Source: Klebsormidium nitens
Lineage: Eukaryota; Plantae; Klebsormidiophyceae
Assembly: GCA_000708835.1 (NCBI GenBank)
Contig: DF237442.1
Location: 5,823-69,822 of the forward strand
Length of the DNA stretch: 64,000 nucleotides
Reading direction: 5' to 3'
In this document: in pieces, positions 21,789 through 46,144 of the stretch
Numbering within the stretch: the stretch's first letter is position 1
How the letters are laid out: each line of letters starts with the position of its first letter
Made by a program: the position numbers and the translations under genes
The notes under the pieces: model-generated
The model's input: the letters and a program-made list of their open reading frames with translations, nothing else
The model's database searches: none
What the model was told of the DNA's origin: nothing

Positions 21789-23380
21789 CACAGTGCAGGG
21801 GACGAGTCGTGTACCTACGGTACGTTTCGTTCGAAGGACTCTGGAGTCTGAAAGACTGGTCGGCGGTCGGCCACAACCCTAAAACCCCACAACTTAGGTA
21901 TAAGGGCCCAGGCCCCAGGGGCCAGGGGTCCCCCGCCCCCGGACCTTCGGCTAGAAAGCCGGTAGGACGACTTCTCGCCGCTCGGTGTAGCGGGTAATCA
22001 TTCCAATCTCCAACGTACCGGTACGGTACGTACTTACCGTAGTACCCACATGTGCGTGCCCCGGGCGCTCCTGAGAGGAGCAACCCTGGGGCCTGTCCTT
22101 CAGTCCTTGCTTGGCGTCCGATGGGAGTCAGGGACCCCCGGCCGATGCTGAAGGCACCCGGGCCTCGTCGGCTGCTCAGCCAGCAGAAAATGCAGGCACT
22201 TGCTGGGCTCGGCCGACCGGAGCAGCCATTCACCGACTGTCCAGCCGGCAGAACCGGGGGCGTGCCCGCAGCTGGCCGGCCGGGACAAAAGTCCGTGGGA
22301 AACCCTGACCAGAACCCCGACCTCGAGGCTCGACCTTGAATCCGGAATCCGGATCCGCAATTATCACCAGGTACGATGATAATCCCCCCGTACAGCAGGC
22401 GTTTTCCGAAGCTTCTAATCAGTCATCATTGCTCCAAGGGTCCTGGAGCCAGTCAGCAGGGTGGTTACAAAGTGCACGCGGCACTTTGAGAATACGCGCC
22501 CCATCATATGGGAGACTAATCGGACGGCTCGGAAGTGCAGTTCTCTCGACAGTTACAAAACAGGCCGGCAAGGTTTGTCAGCGGAGCAGATTCAATCAGG
22601 CTTCCGCTGCGGCGCTGAGTCCGAGCTGGGAAACTGAATCGCCGCGTGTTGGATGCGATTGTCACTGCACGGACAGCACTTGGTGTACGGTACACTCAGC
22701 ATTTGGCACTGCACAATGCGGTCGTCCACCGACGATAGGTACACGAACCGGTACTACCGTACCAACACGCCGGTTGGGCAGAAATTAATAATTATGGCAA
22801 TTTGCCCAATATTTTGATATATTCCGACCCACTCTGCCCAATGTTTCAAATGGTTCAAAATTCCAATTTGTCTTTTTTGATGAGATTTGAGTGGTAAAAG
22901 AAGGGATTTCGCAATAAATGCAGAGTTGCCCAAATTTTTCAAAAATTCCAAAACGAGTTGCCCAAATTTTCAAACGTCCATTATCAATCGAAATTAATTA
23001 TTGCCCAAAAATCTGCCCAACCGGCGTGTTGGTACGGTATCTACCTAGTCCACGCCGCGCGGTTTCTTTGTCAGGTTGCACCTACCCAGAGTCTGAGCCC
23101 CGGGCCCCGGCCCGGTTCCCAAAAAGTCCGGCGAAGGTCGTGATCTGGATTCTGAAGCAGCGGAACGAGTCACCGACCGGATCCACTGCAGCCGTGGTCT
23201 GATTACGCAGAGATCGCGATCCGCTCCAACCCGGCGCAGCCACTGGTCGTACCGCGTGCCCGGGGTCCGGACTCCGCTGGAACGTGTGCGCTGTGAGGCT
23301 GGACCAACCGGGCCGGGTACTTTCCTAGACCACGTGAACTCAAATCTGTGTGCACTTTCCGAGTGATCTCCTGCACTGTG
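21789..23380. mobile_element. Non-autonomous DNA transposon with CACAGTG termini and 5-bp TSD (Transib-like)
   Basis: Perfect 11-bp TIR CACAGTGCAGG (21789-21799) and CCTGCACTGTG (23370-23380), flanked by CAGTG at 21784-21788 and 23381-23385. The reconstructed empty site is the palindrome TGCACA-G-TGTGCA. No transposase ORF inside. Confidence 0.55.
22757..23037. mobile_element. MITE of Tc1/mariner type (TA TSD), 281 bp, nested in the Transib-like element
   Basis: Perfect 26-bp TIR CCGTACCAACACGCCGGTTGGGCAGA, TA on both sides (22755-22756 and 23038-23039), AT-rich interior. Confidence 0.88.
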
Positions 23381-23441
23381 CAGTGTGCACTCAACCAGAG
23401 GCTACAGTCAGGCTACAGTCACCAAGTTGCTATTAGTATTA

Positions 23442-23984
23442 GGGGAAGGTCATTTTGAAGTGGTACCCCCCCTAATTTTTTGTGAGGGGGGGGGGCCTAG
23501 GGCTCTGAGCGCGGCTCGAGGTCCCTATGGGGGGGGGACACACCCACACTTTGCTCACGGGAGTGCTTGATGGGGGGGCACCTAACGAGCTTGGCCTTTT
23601 AGGTAGCTCAAGGGGGGGGAACATGGATCCCGGTCCCCATTTTCATGTGATTCTGAGGCTAAATCAAGCTCCAAATGGCGTATATGAACTAATATTCGTC
23701 AAAAACTTCTTGCAAAATGCCCCATACGAAAATCTTGAACGCAGATTAGCAAAGAAAAAGGTTTCATATGCCCGCATAAGCGACTTCTCTATCCAATTTT
23801 GGCTTCTCCCAAATACAGATATGGGGGGGGTACCCAGGGCCTTGATCCGGAAAAATTTATATGGGAGGGGGGCCCGACGCTACGATTCCACTTGGGCCGT
23901 GGGTATGGGGGGGGGACCCAGCGCTCCCGGCAAAAACCCTCTACAAATAATTAGGGGGGGTACCACTTCAAAGTGACCTTCCCC
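23442..23984. mobile_element. PIF/Harbinger (Tourist-like) MITE, 543 bp
   Basis: ~35-bp TIR GGGGAAGGTCA(T/C)TTTGAAGTGGTACCCCCCTAATT with one mismatch and one indel; TTA TSD at 23439-23441 and 23985-23987. Confidence 0.9.
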
Positions 23985-24353
23985 TTAGGAATCTCGAATC
24001 CATGTGCCTTTCACCTGTGTCAGTGTGCCTACATGAGTCGATGTCAGGTCAAAATCTTCGGGCATGGAGACATCCTCCCTGTCCATTGGTGCGCAGTCCA
24101 GGAAAGCAGGGTGCAGATTGGGCAGGCAGCAGAGTTGACGCGATTGACTGAGCACGTTCAGCTCTCCCACCTCACCCTCTTGAACACGGTCGTTTGGATT
24201 CGTTTCCCTTGATATTTGTTGGTCCTTAGGTGGCGCGCAGGGCTCCTGTCAATGCATCGCAGGAGCTTCCCAGCCTCTTCTTGCTGCAGCTCACAAAGGT
24301 TTGTCTGCAGCTCAGCAGCTGGTTTGCGCTTTTGCTCCTGACTGCTTTCGAAG

Positions 24354-27300
24354 ATGGAGGAAGCAAAGCCCCCCGTTGCTCAGTGCGGCAGCCCAAACAC
24401 GGTACTGGACCCTGCCGCGTTCTTCCAGGAGCAGCGCGTCGTCGCTAAAGCTCAGGCCTCTCAGCTGTACCAGCTGGATCCCACCATCTGCAACCCCATC
24501 TCGCTGCCAGCTGCCGGACAGCTGGCAGGCCGACTGTACCCCGGGGGGCAAGTCAAACTCTCAGCTCCAATGCTTGCCCAGGTGCAGGCCAGGGGGATGC
24601 ACAATGTAGCTAGTCATGGGGGTTTAGTTGGAGGTCACCACCGGCCGGGGCAAGTACATACGCGGAGTTACCAGACGCGCGAACAAAGCCAGCAATCGAG
24701 CTCAGGGGCGGATGAGGAGGTCGGTCTGGGGGGCAGCACCATCGGGCCAGACGGGTTGAAACGAGGGCCCTGGACCAAGGAGGAGGATGCGATGCTGGCA
24801 GACTATGTGCAGCGCTTTGGGCCCAAAGACTGGAGTGAGACTCCTGCACTGACACTGGTTTGCAAGTGCTAGTGTGACTCTTGGAATGAGCTTTTCCGGT
24901 TATGCTGGGGAAAACAGGAGCTACAGCAGCTTCCCAAGCAGAGCTCCTAAAGGGATTTCCTCTAGCTCAGCAGGTTTTCATTGTAAGTCAGGCTCCAAGA
25001 AGATTGTCGGGACAGTGATGCAATTGGGGATGCAATGGATGCCAGGTGTCAGTATTCTGAGCTAGCCCTGGCATGTTACCTGCAGGCAGCGTACCCATGA
25101 AGACGGGCCTTGTGAATCGGTGTGGCAAGAGCTGCCGCCTGAGGTCAGCTCTCGCTCCTGCTTCTTACTAAAACCTCATGCATGATTGGCAATTTGAGGT
25201 CAACTGGAAGTCCTGAGACGTGACAATGTTTGCTGCATCATTGCAGAGTCGCCTATTATATGGCACTCTGCTGGACTGCAGAGCTGGGGCCTTCTGATTT
25301 GCCTGTACCAGACTTTTTGGCTGTCCTGAGTTATGGACTTCTTAGGATAAGTCTGAGTCTGATTGCTCAGTTCTATTCTGGTTCCAGGTATGTCAACCAC
25401 TTACGGCCCAACCTGAAGAAGGAAGCTTTCTCTGACGACGAGGAGCAGATGGTGATTCATTTGCAGGTAGGGCAGCGTCTGTGTTTGGATTGCAGTGCCC
25501 GAGACTGTCAGTTAGGCCCTGTGCTAGTGGCACCAGTGCATAATGATGTTTGAAAATGTAGAGTTGTGTCAAAGCTGCAAAATCATGCAAACGGCTTGGG
25601 TCAATTGTCGTTCATGAGAAGTTACTTTTGCGGATGCAATCCTCCGCATTAGCTCCTATTTGCTTGTTTGAAGCCCATGAAAGGTGGAACCTTTCTTGTG
25701 AACAAAGCACGGAGTGTCCTTTTGGACTTTAGCCAGCCCAAAATCTTTGCCAGACGAAGGGCTCTATGATTGAACCTAAGAAACATTGGCTGGACTTCAA
25801 GGACCAGATTTTCGGTCTTTGAAACAAAGCTTTGAAGCACCACTGCCCAGCAAAGGTCTAAAAACTCTAGTACGCCAAACCAGCATAGCTCAAGTCACAT
25901 TTCTTAAGTAGTGCAAAGTAGACCAGGTTTTATGCTGCTTTGCAAAGTAGACCAGACTTTCAAGCTACACAGCAGCATTTCATCAACTAGCATACCTGAC
26001 AGCCATCACAGCCATGTCTCTCAAACACCCCCCTAAAACTCCCTGCTTTTCCTACCCCCCAGGCCCAGCTCGGCAACAAGTGGGCGGCCATTGCGGCCCA
26101 GATGCCCGGGCGCACCGACAACGAGATCAAAAACCTGTGGAACACGCGCATCAAGAAGCGAAAGCGGGACGCCGAGCTGCACGGTCTGGATATGCAGCCG
26201 CAACAGCTGTACCGGTGGCCGCAGGCGGCCCGTCCCGCGTATTCTGAGGGGGATAACGGCATGCCCCCGCTAGTCAGCGTTGAGGAGTGGGGGGGGAGAG
26301 TGGGCCGGGGGGCGCGCAGGATGATTGGGCCGCACAGCAATGTGAGGAGGGCGGCGTCGCTGCCGCCGGACGCGGGGGCTTATGTCTACATTCCAGAAGG
26401 TGAGCGGGTGGCCAAGAGATTGCACAATGAAAGCACGAGATGCTCTTGGAGGTTTGCGCTACCATGGCATGGAGGGTATACGCAGAAAGCAGTTTGCAAA
26501 CACCAGGACAGCTCCTAAGTTCGGGGCAAAATCCAAGAGCCAATTTGATACCAGGTTATGTCTTTTGCGGGCGGACTGGCTTAATGTTGCGCCAAAAAAG
26601 TCTGCTGGATGGAGCCTCTATTGTATCAAGATTCAAGTATCTGAATGGATCACTGATGGGGCTGAGTCGCTAGCAGATTCGGAACCCAGGTTGCCGGTGG
26701 TCGAGAGCTGAATGTTCTCGTTCTGACCCGTCATAGAATAGGCTCAGATGAGACACGTCCAGAGGATGTCGAATGGCGTGACCTTTCAGCCAATTGAAGT
26801 CAAGGCAGTGACAATTGGTAAGGCAGAGGGTAGCTTCAGAGCTGAAGCTACCCCTTTGAAACGAAGTTTCTTGGGAACTCTCAACTCCGACCTGGAATAT
26901 CCTTCCAATGAGCAAGCTTCGTGAACCCCTTAGATGAGTGCCCAAGTGCCACCGGACCTGTCTGTAAAACTTTTCGAGAGTCTACCAGAGAGTCCGAGCT
27001 CATCCTTCTTCATTCTACCCCCTCTGCCAGGCCCCGCCTGTCTTGCCCCCCCTGCCGCTTCCAGCACTACGTGCCCCTCCGGGCCCCGCCCCCCGTCTGC
27101 ACAATCCTGCCGCAGCCGACTCAGTAACAGCACCCGGGCAGTGTCCTCTGACGGAGTGAACGACTCCAAGAGCGTCGGTTGGTCCCCCATAGAAGAAGCC
27201 ATGTTTTGCGCCCCCACCACTAGCCAAGAGCACACGCTGCTATCCCCCTCGCCGGAAGATCAGTTGATGGTCGTCCCCCCAGACGAGTCGGTAGAACTCC

Positions 27301-27839
27301 CCGGGGGGGAGCAGCACTTCGTCCCCCCCAAGCAAGAAGAACTGCCGGCGATGCCCGACGAGATCATCGACGACGGATCGGGCGGTCCGGAGCCGTCCAC
27401 GTCGTACTCCCTCGAAGACGACAAGATGTTCCAGCGGAAAGCGTTCATCGACAAGCTGAGGCTGGACGCGGGCGGGGGGGTCCACTGGGCTGCCTCGCTG
27501 GACACCAACTCCTCTCTGGAGGGGGGGCCGTCGACCGCCCGGTTGAACCCCCCGGGGTCGGACACGCCGGCGTGGACCCCTTCCTCGGGGACGTTCCCCA
27601 GCTTTCTGCGCGCGAGCACGCCCAAAGCGCGCGACTCGTGCCGCACGCCCGGGTTCCCTAACCCCTTCACCCCGGGGCCGTCGTTTGCGTTCCCATCGAT
27701 GTGCGAGACGCCCTTGGGGGGCGGCAGCAGCTTTGACGTGTTTCCGTCGCCCGCGGGGTACCAGAAAACGGTAAAAAGCGTCACGGATGAGATGATGGCC
27801 GAGGATGACGTGGCGCGGCTGTCACGCACCTCATTTTAG
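24354..27839 (+). CDS. R2R3-MYB transcription factor, GAMYB/subgroup-18-like
   Basis: Exons 24354-24834, 25086-25143, 25388-25466, 26063-26399 and 27031-27839 splice in frame to [107 protein letters not shown], followed by a long S/P-rich acidic tail. Confidence 0.93.
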
Positions 27840-29387
27840 ACTTGACACGTGTTGTCTTGGTGACATTTCAGCTTAGAAGATATACGCCTGGGCTCAGCGC
27901 GTTGTACAGTATTTCGACGTCGATTCCGATCATCCTAGCTGCGGCCGAGATCAGGATTCGATGGGCTAGAGTCTCCAGGTCGGAGCACAGTCTGCTTCCA
28001 TTCTTCATTCTGGTAATTACCCTGAGTGTGATGCTTGGACTTTGGGTGTGTGGTGTGTCTTTGGTCAGATGAAAGTTTGCTTGTAGGACTACGTGACGGT
28101 AGTTAGAGTCCTGATTCGTATCCCGCTGAAAGGTGGAGGGCTAACCAAAGCTAGTCGGTAACTCAATGATGCGCAGGTGCGCTGCGACGTTTAGCGCAAC
28201 CAGATGAGAAACCATTGGTTTTACAAATGGTGGTGTGGTCAATATTGTGTGTATTGGTGCAGTACTTGTGAGGAGGTTCAATGAAGCTGTACGGTCGTAG
28301 GGTTTTTAGTTTAGGACGGGGTAATTGCCGGGCCGGACTGGGACATTCAACCGATGGACCATAGCTGCATCAGTCAAAGGTTGCATATACGGCCTGCAAA
28401 TGGAACATACTAGGTTCGACGGTGTCTTAAGTTAATAACGTGGCCGGGCAGTTCTCTAATTCTGGGCCGGGGGTCAAATCGTTGCCCCGGTTCGGCCCGG
28501 ACTCAGCAATTGTGTCGGACCTTGTTCAATGCGTTGTTGCATGCGGGCTCCAATTCTGAAGAGCTTCAATCGAACTTGAGGACCACACGCGCGCAGTGCC
28601 TCCGTCACTGGACCGAATGTCTTCATGCAATCCATTTAGTGCGCCTTCGCGATTTCACATGTGTAGAAGGGCATTGAATGATCCGTACTAGATTTTATTT
28701 GACCAAACGGTTGAAGGAGGTTCAAGCCAGCATGGCCTGGCCGAACACATATGTAAATGGCGGCCATGAGCACCGGGGCACCGCGGCCAGGCTGGCACGA
28801 GCTTAGCGACTCGTTCCGAAGAGGGTACGAGTGACTCGGACTCAAGCTCATGTAACTTGAATCGCATGCATGGCCGGCAAGCCCCATGCATTATTCAATC
28901 CCTGACTTCTTATTGATCGTCAAACTTCGAAATGGCAGCCCCTGATTCTACTCAACAATCATGGATCAACGATCTTGTTGCCGCGCAAGTTGGCAGCGCA
29001 AAGCACGATTCGCCACGTGAGCGCCTTTCCAGATCCCGAACTACGACAGACCTATCTGAGCCCGTTGACGTGCAAAAGTTTACGGGGCAATAGCAACCGC
29101 AACCACCCGCTTTGCAGCAAATGCTCGTCCTTCCTTCCACACATCACTGCACGTAAGATAGTGTCAGATTCAAAACAACGTAAGTAGGAGACGAAAGCAA
29201 TCATCAGTCGCGCTGCCTTGCAGCGTGTGGGATCCTTGAAAAAGTTGCCTGAACCCGCGGTTGAGCCTTCTTTCGTGGACAAGTGCTCTCATCCGCAGCC
29301 ATATGAATTTGAGAAATTAGCAATAATGCGACCGGAAATGAAGGGCGGCCTGCCAGCGGATGTTGGTGGTTGTAGGCATAAGCCCCG

Positions 29388-32300
29388 TCAGCTCTGGAAG
29401 AGCTCCTCGACTGCTGGTCGGAGAGGGTCGCCGTTCCGCGAGACGAACAACTGCCGACCATCGCCGTCGATGCGCCTGGAGGAACGGCGCGTATGATAAG
29501 CCGAGAGATATCGCCAGGACAACAGCTAATTTGAGCTCAACAATAACTTGGGTTCCCCCCATATTTCTTAGCGCGTTTTGACGTTGTCAAGTTGCGTCAG
29601 CTTTTCCAGCCATCAATCTATTGGGTCTTTTCCTGATGCTACGTGTGCAAGACAGTTGCTCTTCACCAGATTCGAATCAGCTTGAACGAATCAAGCTCCC
29701 ATAATCCGCTCGCAAGCCCTAGCTGGGTACGACCGACACACCAACTCAAAAATCGCAACCGTCTTGCCGCGGATTGGTCGACTCGACGATCGGAGGCAAT
29801 GGACGCAAAAAGTCTACAATTTTTCCGGAGCGCAAGGGGTTCTTGAAGAGCGTGCGAAGGTTCTGCGGTCACTAAAATGGCGTTCGAGCCAGCCCGCTTC
29901 CATATGTGCGCTGCACCTTAGGCGAAGTCCGAGACCTTTCTCCAAGTTTCATTTGTGGGGCTTACGGGACGGCGCAACTCTCTGGTTGTGAAGTGCCGCC
30001 CAAACGGGCCAAATTTGTGCTCTCGACAAACTCTGAATTGGGTCGAGCAACTAGGTCTAGGAAACTATGCAGTCGCTTGCGCGGCGGGCCTTTCGTGAGG
30101 TCTCCGGGTGGTGACGGTTTACAAGGAAAAGCGTGACCACCAGATAAGACGCGCAATGGAGAAAGGCTCACCCCGTGATCCAGTACAAATCCCGCTTCTC
30201 CGCTACCGGTCGCTTTGCTTTCTTTGAAGGCGCCAGTACGGTGGCTTTTTCGAAGCGCGCGCTCAACTCGGCTTCCACCTGGCGAGTGACGACACCGATT
30301 GCAGGCGGCAGCTTCTCGAGTTGGCCATGAGGCTTGTCGACAGGAGACACACCGGCAAGCTGCACGCAAAACGAACACCGAAGTCATGACTTGAGAATCA
30401 TCAGAACCGAGAGACTTTTCCTGGCGTCCACTGTTCTGGATTTGACTTCGATGTGTTGTGAGGATACGGAGGGAGATGCAAACGAGTGAAGGGCTCCAGC
30501 AAGAATTGCACGTTACTCTGCTGCTTTTCCTGCTCGCGTGCCAAAGTGCAAGTGTAAAATTCCCAACGACGGTTCCGATTATGAAACCTTCGTCGAATTC
30601 TGAGCAGTCTTCACTCCGTGGAAAAGAAAACACGTAAAGCGGCCAGAATACACATTTAAGTCGGCAGCCTGATCAGGCGGGCGTCCTTCTAAGCAGACCT
30701 GCAACTCGACAAACCACGCAGAGTGCTACAAGTTTCGACACCCGTCCGATTGCATCCTTCGCAGATTTTCCAGCTCGTGCGACTTGCCTGTGTCAGAAGC
30801 AGCCTCTGACGGAGGGCCGCTGCAAAGGTCTGAAAGCGCCGCTGGCCCGAGCCTCTTCTAGTAAGGAAGCCAGTTTGCGGAATGTAGCTCAATCGTTCCG
30901 TTCCGCTGCAAGCACCCACACGTTGTCAAACGACATTCGCCGCTTTTGCTTGAAAATGAGACCATTTGGCAGAGCTTGACGGCGGACGCTTGTGGTTCCA
31001 AATGAGGAACTAAGACCAGAGGCTCGATTCTTCCCTTGGGGAAGAACCATGAGCGGACTCGAATCCTTTGTGAATTTAAGAAAAGGCAAGGAATGAGGAG
31101 ATCGATAGCGTACCTTTCCGCACCCGTGTTACTGGGCCCGTTGCCATTGCGCATGTCGTCCAACACGTCATCCAAGTGATCAAGAGTGCCACTCTGCGAA
31201 CAGGAAGAACGACTTAGCTGTCGCATCAAGTGTAAGAGGAATCTGCGTACCCATGGGTACCCATGAACTGGCTTTGATCAGAATCGCGTGGATTTGAAGT
31301 AGAAACATGGCATACCACTCAATAGGAGAAGAGATGTACATGCTTTGTACAGGAACCGGCATTGAGAGGCTAGAGCTTTGAGTAAGCTCGTTCGATGCCA
31401 CCCAAGACGACTCTAAAAGTGAGTACGTGCACAAAGACATCTACAGGAAGCAGATTCTGCGAGGCTTCCTCTCGCCAGGTTTTTCTACGGCTTGGGAACC
31501 TCATGATACTGGTAAGATCCTAGTAACAAGGATCCCTGACATGCAAATAATTCAGCATGTCGGAGTTTGAACAAGAAAGCGAAGGAGCTTGGAGATTGCT
31601 TGAAGTGAACGAACCTGAGAGAGAGCCAGCAACTGGCTCACTGCAGCGTCCAGCTCGGGAGATTCAGCTAACCTGAGGGGGAGAAAACTGTCATTATGTT
31701 AGGTTTTTAAGCTCGGACATGGGCTTGACACACGCTTCCTTCCCAATCTCCGCAGACAGCTCTAACAAAACTCCTGAGGGTTTGGTTACAAGCAGCGCTG
31801 TTGGTTTGCTTCAACTTTTGCGGAGATCGAGGTTGAGTGGTCGGGTGGGGAAGGGACGGTTGCGGGCCCAGGAACAAGAAATCGAAGTTGTGAAGACTTT
31901 GGAAAACAAGGGCAGTACCTAGAAGCACGCTGCCCCAAGGCACCTACATCCCGTGTATGGGTAATCCCTCTCTTTGGGATGGGCCACGGCCCTAGACTCG
32001 AAACATCGTGGATTGCTTTAGATACAAGGGGACGCTTGAATTGGTAATAAGCAACTCACTGCTCTGCGCGCACACTACTCGACTCTGGCTGCAGTAGCAG
32101 ACACAGCAGACTGGGCTCCAAGCCTACCACCAGCAACGCTCGCTTCCCCATCGCGTTCCCTTTTCCTAACGTGTCAGCACCTTCCCCAAAGCTTCTGGTC
32201 GAAAGAGCGTCTTCGTCAGGTCCCACATACACGTCGTGGAATGAAATATGCTGCCCTTGACCTGCGGAGAAGTATTGCCACGTTGTGGAATCAAAGGGCC

Positions 32301-33428
32301 AACGTCGAACCTGAAACTGGTGGCCCTTTGCAAGCTGATTGTTGAGCTTTGAGTACTCCCACTCGAAGTGGATCCAGTATGAATCAGAATATGCTGGGTT
32401 TGTTTGAAGACTAAGCTGAGCTGTTGGCCAGGCGGAGTAGAGTCCACAGGCTAGTCCCCACTGAATTTTGAGTTAGGAGGCAGATATGGGGGTAAACGTA
32501 ACGCCCGCACAGTGGTCTCATGTCAAAACTTTTCATCTCATGCAGCGGAGATTCAGTATCTATATGCAGACACGAGACATGCCCGAACCACATTCCCCAT
32601 TGTTCAAATGTAGTTCAGCACCGAGTCATGTTACTTGTTCTATCAAGTCCTTAGGTCCTCACCTTTACTCCGACACAGCAAGCCTTCCCGTTGGCAAAGC
32701 TCCGAACAGCTCGCCGTGTCCTCAGGGGCCATGTCAGTGTAAACAACCAGCCCTCGGTGGATCAAGCACGCCTCCCGATAGTCCAACCAGCCAACTTTCC
32801 TCAGGCACCGCTCATGTAGGGTGCCCCCCGCTGTCTCTGCCTTGCTCACCGCCTCAACTAGTTTGGCATGAATCTCTGAGCTGACCTCAAAGAAAGGAAC
32901 AGCGCCGGGCAACGAGAGCATGAGCTGCGGGGATTCATGTTCCCCTCCAGGATTGTGCAAGCGATCGAACCAGCTTTGGAGAAGGGGTGTGAGCTTTGCA
33001 GTGACGTCTGTGGTGAAACATTTGCTGTCGTGCTCCATCCAGCGTGCTGTGGGACCGAGGATGAAGCGAAGGCTGGACTGGAGACTCTGAGCTAGGCTTA
33101 GAGCTGCGGCATCGAGCAGAAAGCTAGGCAGAAGGACAACCATGACGATCCTTCCTAACTGCGCATACGCCGCTTTGATACCGCCCTCAGTCACCTGGGC
33201 AGGCTTCGCTTGGGACTGGTTGTACGTTTGTTTCGAGGAAAGAGAGGCAATCCGAACATTTGCCCCGGCGAGCGTCTTGGTCAGTGCTGCAAGAGCGAGA
33301 AACAAGCCTTTCAACCGTGCGGCGCGCTGCAGATCGCCTGCGGTGTCTGGGAAGCAATGCAGAAGGGGGTCCTCGTCTTCCTCCACCTGGGCTCTCAAAA
33401 GGAGGACGCCACCCAAGGCGGACGCCAT
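29388..33428 (-). CDS. INTU: Inturned-like tri-longin protein (CPLANE / Rab GEF subunit), no PDZ domain
   Basis: Exon 33428-32663 carries EDEDPLLHCFP..RLKGLFLAL, IKAAYAQLGRIVMVVLLP, SLRFILGP, LSLPGAVPFF and ACLIHRGLVVYTDM. Exon 32261-32060 carries HISFHDVYV and RALLVVGLEPSLLCLLL. The final junction (30172 to 29475) gives LYWITGRIDGDGRQLFV...AVEELFQS-stop. These align in order with human INTU segments as recalled (ILYHYP..VRGIFLTL; IHVAYW; LKFMYGS; DNLPGVRW; SLFYKGYLI; FLLVVGLKHYMLCVLL; YWVVGRLF..QELYV). Middle exons are uncertain. Confidence 0.8.
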
Positions 33429-33973
33429 GGCAGGCTCGCTTCTCCTGCGCGGGGGGACTGACGTCTAGCTTCACCCCTTGATTTTAGGGTTTGGGCTGAC
33501 CAAAATTAGGGTTTGCGGCAAGGATGATTAGGGTGCTGCGACAAGCATCATGAATCGACTAAGCCTGCCTTATTCTTGCAAACGCAAGCAGAGCGGAGCT
33601 GTGCATCTTAGATGCTGACATGCTGAAGGGCAAGCGACTCTGAGCTGGTTGAGCTGCTTCTTGAGCTGAATGACCTCTGAAAGCCCTTAGTACTCATTAA
33701 AGAAAATTGCTTGTGATCACTCAGCTAGCGGGCCCCTCCCCTCAGTGCTTATGACGTTTTCAAAACCTTTGCATCAAAGATCAGAATCAATGCAGTGAGC
33801 GGGCACCAGCGCAGCCTGCAATTTTAGAGTCAGGATAGCTTTGCTGCGAAAAATGTTGAGGACCTTATAATCTATCAGCAGTGAGAAAGACTTCCAGGCA
33901 GGCATCAGGTAGAGTGGCATGAGGTGACCGCATCGTGCAGCTGCATTGGCCCTCGCGATTGCAGAACATCCTC
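33429..33973. promoter_or_regulatory. 545-bp divergent (bidirectional) promoter region between INTU and KAP, with telo-box motifs
   Basis: Start codons face away from each other at 33428 (-) and 33974 (+). TAGGGTTT (AAACCCTA on the INTU sense strand) occurs at 33485-33492 and 33507-33514, with a partial third copy near 33528. Confidence 0.6.

Positions 33974-46144
<12,171 letters not shown>

Noticed and set aside
21885-21900. Telomere-like AACCCTAAAACCCC (similar motifs near 28305)
   Set aside because: One or two isolated units only; this is not an interstitial telomeric array.
27330-27360. Possible miR159/319 target site (EELPAM resembles the GAMYB ELPS box)
   Set aside because: The nucleotide sequence does not resemble the TGGAGCTCCCTTCA site, and the protein similarity is too short to support.
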